A stretch of 38,132 bases of DNA from a virus (lineage: Duplodnaviria > Caudoviricetes). The stretch spans positions 1 through 38,132 of IMG/VR virus record IMGVR_UViG_3300033148_002311; one strand, 5' to 3'. The translations under genes were made by a program, and so were the position numbers. Shown here piece after piece: positions 7,399-17,056 of this stretch (positions are counted from its first letter, which is position 1; each line of letters opens with the position of its first letter). The notes beneath the pieces were generated by a model. It was given only the letters and a program-made list of their open reading frames with translations. It searched no databases and was not told the origin of the DNA.

Positions 7399-8565
7399 TT
7401 AAAAAAGGTTGAGGCGAAAACGCCAAGTTACACCGTGTTTAGGGTGTACCCCGATTATAAGTTGTTCCGCTTTGGAACATACCCCCATTTTCTCTAATGC
7501 AAATTGATCATCTGTTACAAAAGCTCCATTAACGAAAATCTCTAAATCATTCCAACGCTGTCCAGTGTTAAGACTATGAAAATGTGAGAATAGAAAATAG
7601 TCTAATCTAATCTTGTCTCTGAAAGCATTAGCCCATCTTTGAGATTGTCGAGTCATTCCATACATTGGGATATTATAATAAGATTTAATCATATCTCCGT
7701 GAGTATGGAAGAAACCATAGTTAAAGATTTTAAAATAATTCTTCCAATCATTAACTACTACATTCCATTTTATGTTCTTCTGGTTAACAGTAAGAGCTTC
7801 TAAAGCTTTATAAATAACAGTATCCCAGTTTGTGGTTTTTGATGAAGACCATTTAGAAGCATTCAGCTTCCCATGATTTCCTCGTACACAATGGATATCA
7901 ACTTTATCAAAATTTTCAGCACAGTATAAAACAAATTCAGTTAATGCTGGTAGTCCAGTAGAAAAGATTTGGCTAATAATGAAGGCATCTATCCCATCTA
8001 TCGATTGACTTGGGTAAATACTTTCGGCATCTATAATGTCTCCATTCATTACTATTACGAGCTTGTTAACTGGTCTTATACTACGCATTCCAGTTACGAC
8101 GCTCATCATAGATTTTCTCAAATTAACCATTCTTTCTTTAAAAACGCTTGAATTATATGTTGGTGTTTTCTTTCCAATATGGAGGTCTGATAATAATAGT
8201 AATGCTACTTCTTCGTTACGTTCTTTCTTCTTATTATAAGTTTTTGGCTTTTTAATAATAGGAATATTTCCCATAGCTCCGACAACAACATCAACTATTC
8301 TATCTGCAACATCTAATCCTTTTTCTTGAGCTTTAACTAACGTTTCTAACCTTTTAATTTTCAACTCATAACGAGTAGAGTCTCGGTTATTTTCGTTAAG
8401 TTTGCCCATTTGTCTTTTAATTGCTTTTATTAAAGTAATTCTATTTTTGTTAGATTCTTCAAATTCCAGCAATAAGACTAAATCATCGTAGGGAATAATT
8501 CCTCCCTTAACTGCTTCAATTATCTCTGAGACAGTCTTATCAAAATAATAATCTATTTTGGTCAT
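7399..8565 (-). CDS. Calcineurin-like metallophosphoesterase with N-terminal helical/coiled-coil region (start probably ATG 8565)
   Basis: SDLH, GDIID, GNHG, HTHGD, SHFH motifs; GAGGTGA SD before 8565. Confidence 0.85.
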   Translation of the reverse strand: MTKIDYYFDKTVSEIIEAVKGGIIPYDDLVLLLEFEESNKNRITLIKAIKRQMGKLNENNRDSTRYELKIKRLETLVKAQEKGLDVADRIVDVVVGAMGNIPIIKKPKTYNKKKERNEEVALLLLSDLHIGKKTPTYNSSVFKERMVNLRKSMMSVVTGMRSIRPVNKLVIVMNGDIIDAESIYPSQSIDGIDAFIISQIFSTGLPALTEFVLYCAENFDKVDIHCVRGNHGKLNASKWSSSKTTNWDTVIYKALEALTVNQKNIKWNVVVNDWKNYFKIFNYGFFHTHGDMIKSYYNIPMYGMTRQSQRWANAFRDKIRLDYFLFSHFHSLNTGQRWNDLEIFVNGAFVTDDQFALEKMGVCSKAEQLIIGVHPKHGVTWRFRLNLF

Positions 8566-8585
8566 TTTTATCACCTCTATTGAGT

Positions 8586-8689
8586 TATCAATGAGCTATT
8601 AAAAGTATAACACATTTTTTATTAAAAATAAAGAGGTTATTTTCTTCGGACTATTGTTATATTATAACACAAAAAAAGATGAAAATCAA
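8586..8689 (-). promoter_or_regulatory. Tandem promoters and boxA-like GCTCATTGA upstream of the phosphoesterase
   Basis: TTGATT-N17-TATAAT (8661-8689); TGTTATACT (8604-8612). Confidence 0.55.
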
Positions 8690-8719
8690 AATTAACCCTA
8701 TTTTGTTACACCTTTTAAC

Positions 8720-8749
8720 AAAAAACAGATAGCAAAGCGATCTGTTTTG
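8720..8749. terminator. Bidirectional intrinsic terminator closing the late/lysis operon
   Basis: aaaacagatagc-aaa-gcgatctgtttt inverted repeat with A/T tracts. Confidence 0.6.
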
Positions 8750-8797
8750 AGTTGAGTAAAATAATCACACAATGCTATGTTAAGCAGAGATGATACT

Positions 8798-8923
8798 TCA
8801 CTCAGTTTTTTCTTCGTCAGAATCTGGCCATTCTGTATCTCCTGTACTTTCTGTTTCAGGTTCTTCAAAGATTTCTTTTGTAGCTGTTGTAGAACTAGAT
8901 TCTACCCAAATTATTTCAGTCAT
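8798..8923 (-). CDS. Small acidic protein, 41 aa (not in ORF track)
   Basis: Hand-translated MTEIIWVESSSTTATKEIFEEPETESTGDTEWPDSDEEKTE; ATG abuts the holin stop. Confidence 0.5.
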   Translation of the reverse strand: MTEIIWVESSSTTATKEIFEEPETESTGDTEWPDSDEEKTE

Positions 8924-9163
8924 TTATTTTTTAATTGATTTTCCTGTGTCGTATAATCCCATTGAAATTAAACCAGCTATGATTCCAATAAGAATTGATA
9001 AGAAATGAAAACCTATAAAACCAAAAGCTAATAATATTCCTAAGAAAATACTAACTACTGGTAGAAATTTCTTATCAAACAATTCTATTGTTTTTACTAC
9101 TTGCATAAGTCCTACAACTATAAGAGAAATATAAATAGCAAATTCAGTTACTTCACTTAACAT
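8924..9163 (-). CDS. Holin
   Basis: Three hydrophobic segments, KKFLPVVS...GLISMGLYD, basic C-terminus; next to the endolysin. Confidence 0.85.
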   Translation of the reverse strand: MLSEVTEFAIYISLIVVGLMQVVKTIELFDKKFLPVVSIFLGILLAFGFIGFHFLSILIGIIAGLISMGLYDTGKSIKK

Positions 9164-9193
9164 AGTATTTTATTATTGATTAATAAACGGCCT

Positions 9194-9310
9194 TTATTTT
9201 TTTCTTCCTTTTCCTGTTCTTCTAGGGGTTCTACACTTTCCTCTATTCTTGTTAGCCCTAACCCCTCTACCAGAACCATTATACTTAGGAACTCCTTTTC
9301 TTTTTACCAT
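9194..9310 (-). CDS. Small basic Gly/Arg-rich protein, 38 aa
   Basis: Hand-translated MVKRKGVPKYNGSGRGVRANKNRGKCRTPRRTGKGRKK. Confidence 0.55.
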   Translation of the reverse strand: MVKRKGVPKYNGSGRGVRANKNRGKCRTPRRTGKGRKK

Positions 9311-9422
9311 ATTTTTTAAATAAATATCCTTTATAAGCTCGACTTGCACTAGCTTTAGTTTTATACATTGCTTTACCTCTTTTTCCTATTTTATATTTGT
9401 TACCAACTTTATAGACTGGCAT
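9285..9422 (-). CDS. Small basic protein, 45 aa
   Basis: Hand-translated MPVYKVGNKYKIGKRGKAMYKTKASASRAYKGYLFKKYGKKKRSS. Confidence 0.55.
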   Translation of the reverse strand: MPVYKVGNKYKIGKRGKAMYKTKASASRAYKGYLFKKYGKKKRSS

Positions 9423-9933
9423 GTTGTTTATAGTTTAATAACCATTGATAAATTGTATCCCCTGGGCAAAGTGTATTCTTGATATTTCTATGTCCATAAA
9501 TATGATTAGAATCTATGTTATATTTAGCCTGTAAGCGTCTTAAAAGCCTTTCTAAGCTATGTTTCTGTTGTTTAGTGATAGATTGTTTAGATTGTAAACA
9601 AATTCCAAGAGAATGAGTGTTCCAGTAATTTGGATTACCAGGTTCTACACAATGAGCACCTCTTTCATTATCGGCTCTCCCTTGATGAATCTCTCCATTT
9701 TTAGAAATGAAATAATGGTAACCAATAAAATACCCGATAGACGACAAAAATCCCCATTTCTTTTTATGCCAAGCGTTCACTGATGTAAAACTATTTCCAG
9801 CACCATCATAATGGACTACTATTGCTTCTGGATTAGGAAGATTAGGAACTGTCAATTTCTTTTTTAAAAAAAGAACCTGCAATTGTAATTGTAAAATTTT
9901 TAATTTTAGAAATAATTGTTCTAATAATTTCAT
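9409..9933 (-). CDS. Endolysin, N-acetylmuramoyl-L-alanine amidase (Amidase_2)
   Basis: VVHY, IGYHYFI, GR...GAHC, SLGICL, GHR...TLCPG Zn-amidase motifs. Confidence 0.9.
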   Translation of the reverse strand: MKLLEQLFLKLKILQLQLQVLFLKKKLTVPNLPNPEAIVVHYDGAGNSFTSVNAWHKKKWGFLSSIGYFIGYHYFISKNGEIHQGRADNERGAHCVEPGNPNYWNTHSLGICLQSKQSITKQQKHSLERLLRRLQAKYNIDSNHIYGHRNIKNTLCPGDTIYQWLLNYKQHASL

Positions 9934-10178
9934 TTTAATACTAATTTAATTAAAGCTCCTAAGAAGCCTAATAATACAGCCATAAATACTGGAAAGATTA
10001 ACTTTGTTAGCCATTCCATATTAGTAGCTATTTTTGTTACTTGTATTTTAACTCCTTGAATATCTTCGTTCATAGTTCCCATCTTATCTCTAAGCTGTCC
10101 CATTTCAGAGTTCATAACATTAATATGTTTTTCAATTGAGTTTATTTTTTGGTCTTGTGTTATGTCTTCTCTGTTCAT
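9930..10178 (-). CDS. Coiled-coil protein with C-terminal TM (XhlA/hemolysin-like lysis accessory)
   Basis: Heptad region then WLTKLIFPVFMAVLLGFLGAL; directly upstream of the amidase. Confidence 0.65.
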   Translation of the reverse strand: MNREDITQDQKINSIEKHINVMNSEMGQLRDKMGTMNEDIQGVKIQVTKIATNMEWLTKLIFPVFMAVLLGFLGALIKLVLK

Positions 10179-10288
10179 AATTTAAAAGTTAATCTATATA
10201 ATATTTCTATTAAAAACTGAACAATGAAACTGACAATAAAAAAGGCAATAAAAAAACTAAATATAAAAGATACAATTTCAAATATCAT
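10175..10288 (-). CDS. Small Phe-rich membrane peptide, 37 aa
   Basis: Hand-translated MIFEIVSFIFSFFIAFFIVSFIVQFLIEILYRLTFKL; ATGA overlaps at both ends. Confidence 0.6.
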   Translation of the reverse strand: MIFEIVSFIFSFFIAFFIVSFIVQFLIEILYRLTFKL

Positions 10289-11853
10289 TTTTTACTTTCT
10301 TGGGTTATTTGGGTAATAAGATTAAACAGTCCTACTCTCTTACCTGGGGTAATACTATTTAATAAATTAATAAAATTAGATGCTTGCTGTTCTTTAATTC
10401 CTAACGTAGTGACTAATTTAGCTGTAAATTCTTTAGGTATTATAACTTGAACCAAATCCTCTAATCCTCCAGCTTTAATATTGAATTTAGTTGGGGCTTT
10501 AGTCATTTCTCTTACTGCAAGAGGAGTAAGAATTTCTTTTCCTACTTTTTCCTCAAACTCTCCTAATAATTTTCTTATTACACCCTTATTATCTCCAAAT
10601 TCAGTTGATATTTTTTTAGATATATTAATAATATCATTTCTGCTAAGAACCCTACCTTTAACACCTAATTGTTTTCTTATAGCTCCTAGAAAATCTTGTT
10701 GTATTGCGTAATCTTTAGCAATTTGTTTAGCAGCCTTATTTTCTATTTTATCTGATATATAAGTTCTGATGTTTTTAATTACACCTGAAGCAACTCTATC
10801 AGATTTTTGGTAATTTTTACTAAAACGTTTAAATGTTTGAATCTTTTTAGTTAAGTTATTTAATCCATTAGGAGATAAATCTTTCCAACTCTTAATTTGG
10901 TTAAATAATTTCTTAACAACATTACCTTCTTTGTCTGATAAAGCAGACTTATTAAATCCCGCAATACCTTTAGGTTTAATCTCTAAATCATATTTTTTAA
11001 TAGAATCGCTTAAAAGATTTATTATGTCTCCTCTTTTAATTCCTTTTATAGTTTCTTTAGGTATATCTTTTAGTGTCTTTTTATATTGATTACTTGCTTC
11101 AGTTTGAAGTTTATTAACTCCACTCTGTAAAGACTTGGTAACATCTTCTAGTATAGACACTTCATTCTTTCCGATATACTTTTGAGCTTCAGCAGGATTC
11201 TTTGTAATTTGTTCTACAGCTCCTTTCGTTGTTGATGACGCAAATCCAGCCCCTCTTTTAAGAACACCTTTTAATGTATCGTATCCAAACTTTGCTACAT
11301 TTTGTATTGCACGTGTTCCAGCTCCTGCAACCGCACCTGTCCCTGCTCCTATAAGTGTATCCATTAATAAATCTGTAGGATTTAAAGCTTCTGTTGGTTT
11401 CTCTTGTAAACCTTTAGCAACTCCAAAACCTGCTCCAAACTTAGCTCCTTCTGTTATTGCTCCTTTAAGACTTGTTGGTGCTGGTGTTTTTAGTCCTATT
11501 GCACTAATTCCAACTTCCGCTCCAGCTCCAATTGCTTGCCTAGTAGATTCAAAAGGTTCGTATCCAAAAATTGTTTGTTTCTGTCCTGCTTTTAAAGCTG
11601 TTTGTAGTGCTTCTTCTTTCTCTCCTCTTAAATATTGAACTCCAGCCTCCCCAAATTTCGCTAATCCTTTACCTGCAGAAGCAACCGTAGAAGCAATTTG
11701 TCCATAAGGTCTTACTATATCTCTAATAAGATTACTAAAGAAATTTTCATTTTTAGGAGATTGAGAATACTGTTCAGCAATTCTCTTTCCTGTTTCCTGT
11801 AAAGGAGAAACTTTGTCTTCTATTTTTCTCCCAAATTTTGGTTCAAATGTCAT
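10285..11853 (-). CDS. Putative internal virion/DNA-ejection protein
   Basis: Gly/Ala-rich amphipathic segments plus a Lys-rich helical region; last gene of the podoviral tail module. Confidence 0.65.
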   Translation of the reverse strand: MTFEPKFGRKIEDKVSPLQETGKRIAEQYSQSPKNENFFSNLIRDIVRPYGQIASTVASAGKGLAKFGEAGVQYLRGEKEEALQTALKAGQKQTIFGYEPFESTRQAIGAGAEVGISAIGLKTPAPTSLKGAITEGAKFGAGFGVAKGLQEKPTEALNPTDLLMDTLIGAGTGAVAGAGTRAIQNVAKFGYDTLKGVLKRGAGFASSTTKGAVEQITKNPAEAQKYIGKNEVSILEDVTKSLQSGVNKLQTEASNQYKKTLKDIPKETIKGIKRGDIINLLSDSIKKYDLEIKPKGIAGFNKSALSDKEGNVVKKLFNQIKSWKDLSPNGLNNLTKKIQTFKRFSKNYQKSDRVASGVIKNIRTYISDKIENKAAKQIAKDYAIQQDFLGAIRKQLGVKGRVLSRNDIINISKKISTEFGDNKGVIRKLLGEFEEKVGKEILTPLAVREMTKAPTKFNIKAGGLEDLVQVIIPKEFTAKLVTTLGIKEQQASNFINLLNSITPGKRVGLFNLITQITQESKK

Positions 11854-11854
11854 A

Positions 11855-13534
11855 TTAATATTTTAATAACCAATTATTATTTATAGCTTGTCTAACTTCT
11901 AATCTTTGGTCTGGGTCATACATATCATCATATGTATATTGTTCTCCTGTATCAGGATTTTCAATCGTTACCTTTGTTCCAGAAAGACCTAAGAAAAATG
12001 CAGCTAATTGATCTAATTTATATTTAGCACTCCCTCCTATTAGATTACCAGATTCATCATACTGAACATCATCAGAAGCTCCTGGCATTTGATTCTTATA
12101 GAACTTAACCTCGTCCTCTGTAAGAGCTGCTCCTGACCTAATACGAGAAATAATATCTGTTACTTCATTTTTAGATGCTTTATATTCTTTTTCCATAAAA
12201 GGAATATATTGTTGCCATAAAACACTACTATCTCTTTGAATTGTGTTAACCATATTGCCAATAGCCCCTAAACCAGAGATAGCATTTGATTGAGCAACTT
12301 TTTCTGTACTGGTTAATGCTCTAGGTATATCCTTTCCTTGTTTAGCAAGATTTTCATAGACGGCTGTTTTTTCATCTTTACTTAAATCTTTAAGTTCAAT
12401 TTGTCTATTTAATATCTGATTAGTCAAGTAATCAATAGTATCTTTATCTCCCTCCTTTGCTATTTCTTTTTGAGCTTCATTTAAATAATTTAATTTCATA
12501 CCTTCTTTTAAAACCTCCCATGGAAGTCCGACATTATCAGCAATTTTTGCTATTTTTTCTCTTGATTCAGCACTTAATTTGTCTGGATTAACTCCTTTTA
12601 TTTGATTTAATATAGTATCTAAGGAACTTTTTTGGTCTTCTCTCAATTGAAAATAAAGATTAAGATATTTGTCTTGTCTTTCTGTTAATTGTTCCTGAAT
12701 TTTCTGTTGCATTGTAATATCGTTTGTGATAAATCCAAGTCTTTCAGTTCCTTTTTCAGCTTCTAATTTTCTTGCATCTTGTTCTAATCCTAATTCAGTT
12801 AATAAAGTATCTTCTTTTGCTGATAAAGATTGAAGTCTAACATTAGCCTGTCTTTGCAATTCAGCTCCTCTACCTGTCATTAATCTTGTGCTAATTGGTT
12901 GTCTTTCCTGATAAGCTATTCCAGCTTCTACGTCTAATTGTTCTTGTTTAGCTTTATCTCTTACATCAGCTAAATCTAATTTAATTTGTTTTTCTCTTTC
13001 TGTTGGTTCAAATGTTTTTAAATAATCTTCTCTTGCTTTTGTTTGTTTCTCTATTAGTTTAGTTAAATCTTCTGATTCTACTGGAGATTGAAAAGCATTT
13101 ATTAGGTCTTTCATATCTAAATCAGAAGAAACATTAATATTAAAATCTTTTAAGTTATCTCCTAAACCTTCCCCTAAATCCCCTCCTAAATCACTTCCTA
13201 AATCACCTGTATTCAAAGTAGGTTCTTTTGGTTGTATTTGATTAGGCATTTCTTTTTGCCATTGGTTAGTCGTTGGATTAAAAAATTGATTTGTTTTTGG
13301 ATTAAGATAGAAACCACCAGTAGCTCCACCTGTTCTTAATTGAGATATTGGAATTCCTCCAATACTTTGAGTCGAGTCTTTTACTTCTGAGATAGGTAGT
13401 ATTTCCTTTCCACCCATAACATCTTTAATCAAAGAGGTTGTTGGTATTTTACCAGCTGTTTTAATCTTTTCTGTTGCTTGGTAATATTCTTTTGAAGGAT
13501 ATAACTCGCCTGTTTTTGGGTCTTTGTATGCCAT
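11855..13534 (-). CDS. Putative internal virion/DNA-ejection protein
   Basis: Coiled-coil/Q-rich, GDLG-type repeats, RIRSGAALT motif; position after the tail fibre. Confidence 0.65.
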   Translation of the reverse strand: MAYKDPKTGELYPSKEYYQATEKIKTAGKIPTTSLIKDVMGGKEILPISEVKDSTQSIGGIPISQLRTGGATGGFYLNPKTNQFFNPTTNQWQKEMPNQIQPKEPTLNTGDLGSDLGGDLGEGLGDNLKDFNINVSSDLDMKDLINAFQSPVESEDLTKLIEKQTKAREDYLKTFEPTEREKQIKLDLADVRDKAKQEQLDVEAGIAYQERQPISTRLMTGRGAELQRQANVRLQSLSAKEDTLLTELGLEQDARKLEAEKGTERLGFITNDITMQQKIQEQLTERQDKYLNLYFQLREDQKSSLDTILNQIKGVNPDKLSAESREKIAKIADNVGLPWEVLKEGMKLNYLNEAQKEIAKEGDKDTIDYLTNQILNRQIELKDLSKDEKTAVYENLAKQGKDIPRALTSTEKVAQSNAISGLGAIGNMVNTIQRDSSVLWQQYIPFMEKEYKASKNEVTDIISRIRSGAALTEDEVKFYKNQMPGASDDVQYDESGNLIGGSAKYKLDQLAAFFLGLSGTKVTIENPDTGEQYTYDDMYDPDQRLEVRQAINNNWLLKY

Positions 13535-13555
13535 GTTTATATTATATAATATTTT

Positions 13556-14887
13556 TTACTTTTTTTCTATAGCCTCTAATCTATTATTTAATTCCTTAAC
13601 TGCATTTATCAAAATAGGAATTAAACTTACTGGTTTATAACTTTTACCATCTGATATTTCTGGAATAACTTTTTGAACATCTTCTGCTATTAATCCTATT
13701 CTTTTCTTATCTTTTTCTTTCTCGTCTTTAAATTCAAATTTTACTGGATTTAATTTAAGAATATCTGATAATCCATACTCAATATTTTCAATATTTTTCT
13801 TTAGTTCTTTACTAGAGGAAACGTCAGGATTAGTTGTCAAATATATTGTGTGCCATCTATTAGCACTAGTTCCTAAATCCCATATTCCTGTTGATTCTGG
13901 AACAGTATCAGCAAGATTCCCTAAACCAACAGCATAATGCGTAGTATAGTTTTGAGCGTTATGAGTTAAATAATAAGTTGTTCCTCCGGAAAGATACAAA
14001 GTAAGAGATGAGTTCCTACAAGTTATGTCGTCTAAATCAGTTATATCATATCCATCACAATCTAAACTTTTATCTAAGGTTCCATCACTTCCAACTAAAT
14101 TTCCAATGGCTCCCCTAGCATCTGCGTCAGTATAAGAATTAATATTATCATCTACATATTTTTTAGTTGCAGCATCGTAATCTGCAGACGGGGTAGATAA
14201 TCCTGTTATTTTGAGCGTTGGATATCCGCTTATTTCAGGAGAACAAGCTCCACTACTTTGAGATGAATTTCTTTTAAAAATAATATAACCTGCGTCTGCT
14301 GTCGGAAAAGGGAATCCCACTTTAAGTCCATAAATAACATCAAAATCTATAATAGAATTACTCCATCCGCCAAAAATAGAACTATCATATATAGATAATC
14401 CTAAATTTCCACCACTATTATAAACAGTAAGAGAGTTAGCATAATCTCCTATTGTTTGCATTTCTACTCTCTTTCCACTTATTGCTGTTCTAACCGTTCT
14501 TCCCGTTAAAGTTCCAGTTATTATATTATCTGCTGTTAATAAATCTGTTTTAATATACCCTCCATCTATAATAGTTGTTCCAAGTTTAGCTTTTTCAACC
14601 AAATCTTCATAAGCCATAGCTCCAGCATCAGTTAACCAAGAAACACTTTGAGGATTAGCAGAGGTTTGGTCTGCATTAGGGTCAGTACATTTAGCTTCTG
14701 TATGGCCAACCGTAATTATTCCTGTAATATGAGCATCATCTACCTCAACATTCCCTAAATTCTCTGAGAAAGTAGATAAGGCTTGTCCATAAATAGGAAG
14801 TTTAATCTGATTAATAAGCTTCCCCATTTCTTCATAAGAACTTTGAAGTTTTTTAAGTGTATCTAATTTTATTTCTTTTAATTTCAT
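13556..14887 (-). CDS. Tail fibre/spike with C-terminal intramolecular chaperone (Peptidase S74) domain
   Basis: SSKELKKNI...LKLNPVKF...IGLIAEDVQKVIPE...LIPILINAVKEL; DAATKKYVD motif. Confidence 0.85.
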   Translation of the reverse strand: MKLKEIKLDTLKKLQSSYEEMGKLINQIKLPIYGQALSTFSENLGNVEVDDAHITGIITVGHTEAKCTDPNADQTSANPQSVSWLTDAGAMAYEDLVEKAKLGTTIIDGGYIKTDLLTADNIITGTLTGRTVRTAISGKRVEMQTIGDYANSLTVYNSGGNLGLSIYDSSIFGGWSNSIIDFDVIYGLKVGFPFPTADAGYIIFKRNSSQSSGACSPEISGYPTLKITGLSTPSADYDAATKKYVDDNINSYTDADARGAIGNLVGSDGTLDKSLDCDGYDITDLDDITCRNSSLTLYLSGGTTYYLTHNAQNYTTHYAVGLGNLADTVPESTGIWDLGTSANRWHTIYLTTNPDVSSSKELKKNIENIEYGLSDILKLNPVKFEFKDEKEKDKKRIGLIAEDVQKVIPEISDGKSYKPVSLIPILINAVKELNNRLEAIEKK

Positions 14888-16308
14888 ACAAAATCTTTTG
14901 GCGTATAAACTATAGAAGTTTCTTCTATTTCTGGAGTATTATTTCCTGAAGTAGTAAGGTCTAATCTTATTTGAATAATATAACCATCAACAACTGAATC
15001 TCCATTAAATTGCTGTTGATCGTCTGTATTCCCTGCAGTATTAACAGTCGCTATCGTTGAAAAAGTTGAAGCGTGGTCTACTTTCTGTTTCATAGTAATA
15101 CCACAATCAGTTAGCATTTTCTTAAAAGCACAAGGAAATCTTTCAAATATCTTTTCTGTTTCTCTCTCGGCGTTCACTAATCTAAACTCTATAAATGCAG
15201 AACTATATTTGTTTACAGTATCTATTACATCTACTCCATAATTAGTTCCGTCATACCAACCAACAAACAAATCGCTTCCATTAGAACTAACACTTCCTAT
15301 ATTGATTTGAGTCGTATCATTAGAAGATATTGCATATTCACAATTTAATGCAGGAGGAAACCCTTGAACATCATTTGTTCCATAAGTATAAACTCCATTA
15401 GGAGCAGGTGTTCCAGTACTAGAATCTTCTATTCCAAAATTAAGTAAATTATTATGTATACAAACAGCATTAGGACTTGATGTAAGTTTTGCAGTTCCTG
15501 AATAATCTCCTGGAATTTTAATAAAAGGATTTTCTAAATCATTAGGAAATGTAAATATTTTTCCATTATCTCCAGATAAGAAATAAATCTTTTCTCCATT
15601 ATTTTGCAACCATTTTATATCTCCTCCAAAGAAATAAGAATACTGCCAAGATGATTTGATTCCATCCCACTGGAAAAACCTTGAATGATTTGAGCCATCA
15701 GTTGCCCCAATCATTACATCTAAATCGTAAAAACCTATTCCTCTAATAACATATTTTCCATTTATATTAAGAGCTTCTGCAGTAAAAGTAGAACTTGCGT
15801 CTACTTGTGCAACTATTTCTTGATTTCCTATATAAATCTGGTCTTGTTTTTCGTGATAAATAACTGGGCCATAACTAGTATTAGTATTAGTTAATGTGTT
15901 CCAAGCTACAGTAAGACCGTCGTCACTAACTTTAATTCTTCCTACTTTATTAGTATAGGTAAAATAAACATATCCATCAGAATGTTCAGCAGAACCTAAT
16001 ATTTTCTCTCCACCTGATAACGTAGATAATTTACTCCAAGTTCCACCTGATGTTCTTTTATAAATATTTCCTTTATCTCCAAAGAAATAAGAATGACCTG
16101 CAGACGTATGAACATCTGCGGTAATTAAATCAACAACTACAGCCCCAGATTCTTTTTTAAGAGCTTGTTGAGCTTTAATAATCCCTGGTTCACTTCTAAA
16201 ATCTATACCTACACCTTTACTAAAAGTAAATTCAGAACCTAAAAATTTAGAAGAAGCTAATCCCCCAAAAAGATTACTAAATTTAATTTGTCTTGATTCT
16301 TGCGTCAT
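14884..16308 (-). CDS. Putative tail nozzle/DNA-stabilisation protein (P22 gp10/T7 gp12-like position)
   Basis: 474 aa, beta-rich propeller-like sequence; follows the adaptor. Confidence 0.6.
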   Translation of the reverse strand: MTQESRQIKFSNLFGGLASSKFLGSEFTFSKGVGIDFRSEPGIIKAQQALKKESGAVVVDLITADVHTSAGHSYFFGDKGNIYKRTSGGTWSKLSTLSGGEKILGSAEHSDGYVYFTYTNKVGRIKVSDDGLTVAWNTLTNTNTSYGPVIYHEKQDQIYIGNQEIVAQVDASSTFTAEALNINGKYVIRGIGFYDLDVMIGATDGSNHSRFFQWDGIKSSWQYSYFFGGDIKWLQNNGEKIYFLSGDNGKIFTFPNDLENPFIKIPGDYSGTAKLTSSPNAVCIHNNLLNFGIEDSSTGTPAPNGVYTYGTNDVQGFPPALNCEYAISSNDTTQINIGSVSSNGSDLFVGWYDGTNYGVDVIDTVNKYSSAFIEFRLVNAERETEKIFERFPCAFKKMLTDCGITMKQKVDHASTFSTIATVNTAGNTDDQQQFNGDSVVDGYIIQIRLDLTTSGNNTPEIEETSIVYTPKDFV

Positions 16309-17018
16309 TTGTATTGATTAAATCTTTTGTCTGAATTCAAATTATAAATTATGTTCTCGTCTATACTCTGATAATGTCTTTTTGCTTTTTCTAACATATC
16401 AACCATTAAAGCATCCATCTCTCTTGCTTTTTGAGTAAGTCCTTTCTTTATGTAATAAGTTTTACAAGCCCCATAAACTAAATAAGGTTGATAAGCTTCT
16501 GGTATAGATGGCTCTTGATCAGTTGTTGACAAAATTGTTGGTTCAAGGATTTTCCAAACTATCAAACCACCTGTTATATCGGTTGTTGGAACAGGGTATA
16601 ATTTAACTTTTAATGTTTCGTCATCTAGGTATAAATCTGCAAATGGATCTGCTGTATTAAAATTACTAGAAATTGAAGTAGAGTCTAAAGGCTGATTACT
16701 TTGTCCTATATCAAAAAATGTAACATTCTTATGAGGTTTACTTCCATCATAAGTTATATTCATTTTTTTAATTCTTAAAACTTTTCCTGTAATAGAATAT
16801 TCCGCTGTTCCGTTTACAATATCAATTGATTCGGTGGTCAAATTAAAATCTATATCACTACCAGCTCTTATTAACTCATTTGTAAAATTATACATATTAG
16901 AGTTTAATAAAGCTTTAATATCACTTGCAGTAAACTTTACTGAATTAGTAGAAGTTAAATACCTTGTTAACCCTATTAATGTATCTGCTACTATTGATGT
17001 GTCTTCTCCTAATGTCAT
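16305..17018 (-). CDS. Putative head-tail adaptor
   Basis: GTAEYS, LYPVP, PSIPEAYQPYLVYGA motifs typical of podoviral adaptors. Confidence 0.7.
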   Translation of the reverse strand: MTLGEDTSIVADTLIGLTRYLTSTNSVKFTASDIKALLNSNMYNFTNELIRAGSDIDFNLTTESIDIVNGTAEYSITGKVLRIKKMNITYDGSKPHKNVTFFDIGQSNQPLDSTSISSNFNTADPFADLYLDDETLKVKLYPVPTTDITGGLIVWKILEPTILSTTDQEPSIPEAYQPYLVYGACKTYYIKKGLTQKAREMDALMVDMLEKAKRHYQSIDENIIYNLNSDKRFNQYK

Positions 17019-17026
17019 ATTTATAT

Positions 17027-17056
17027 AAAAGCGGTTGCTAAATACTTAACAACCGC
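17027..17056 (-). terminator. Terminator-like hairpin between the glycosylation cluster and the adaptor
   Basis: GCGGTTGTTAAG...TAGCAACCGC followed by TTTTAT. Confidence 0.5.

Noticed and set aside
13150-13215. Short cctaaatc-type tandem repeats
   Set aside because: They encode a low-complexity GDLG peptide repeat in the ejection protein; no sign of a separate DNA function.
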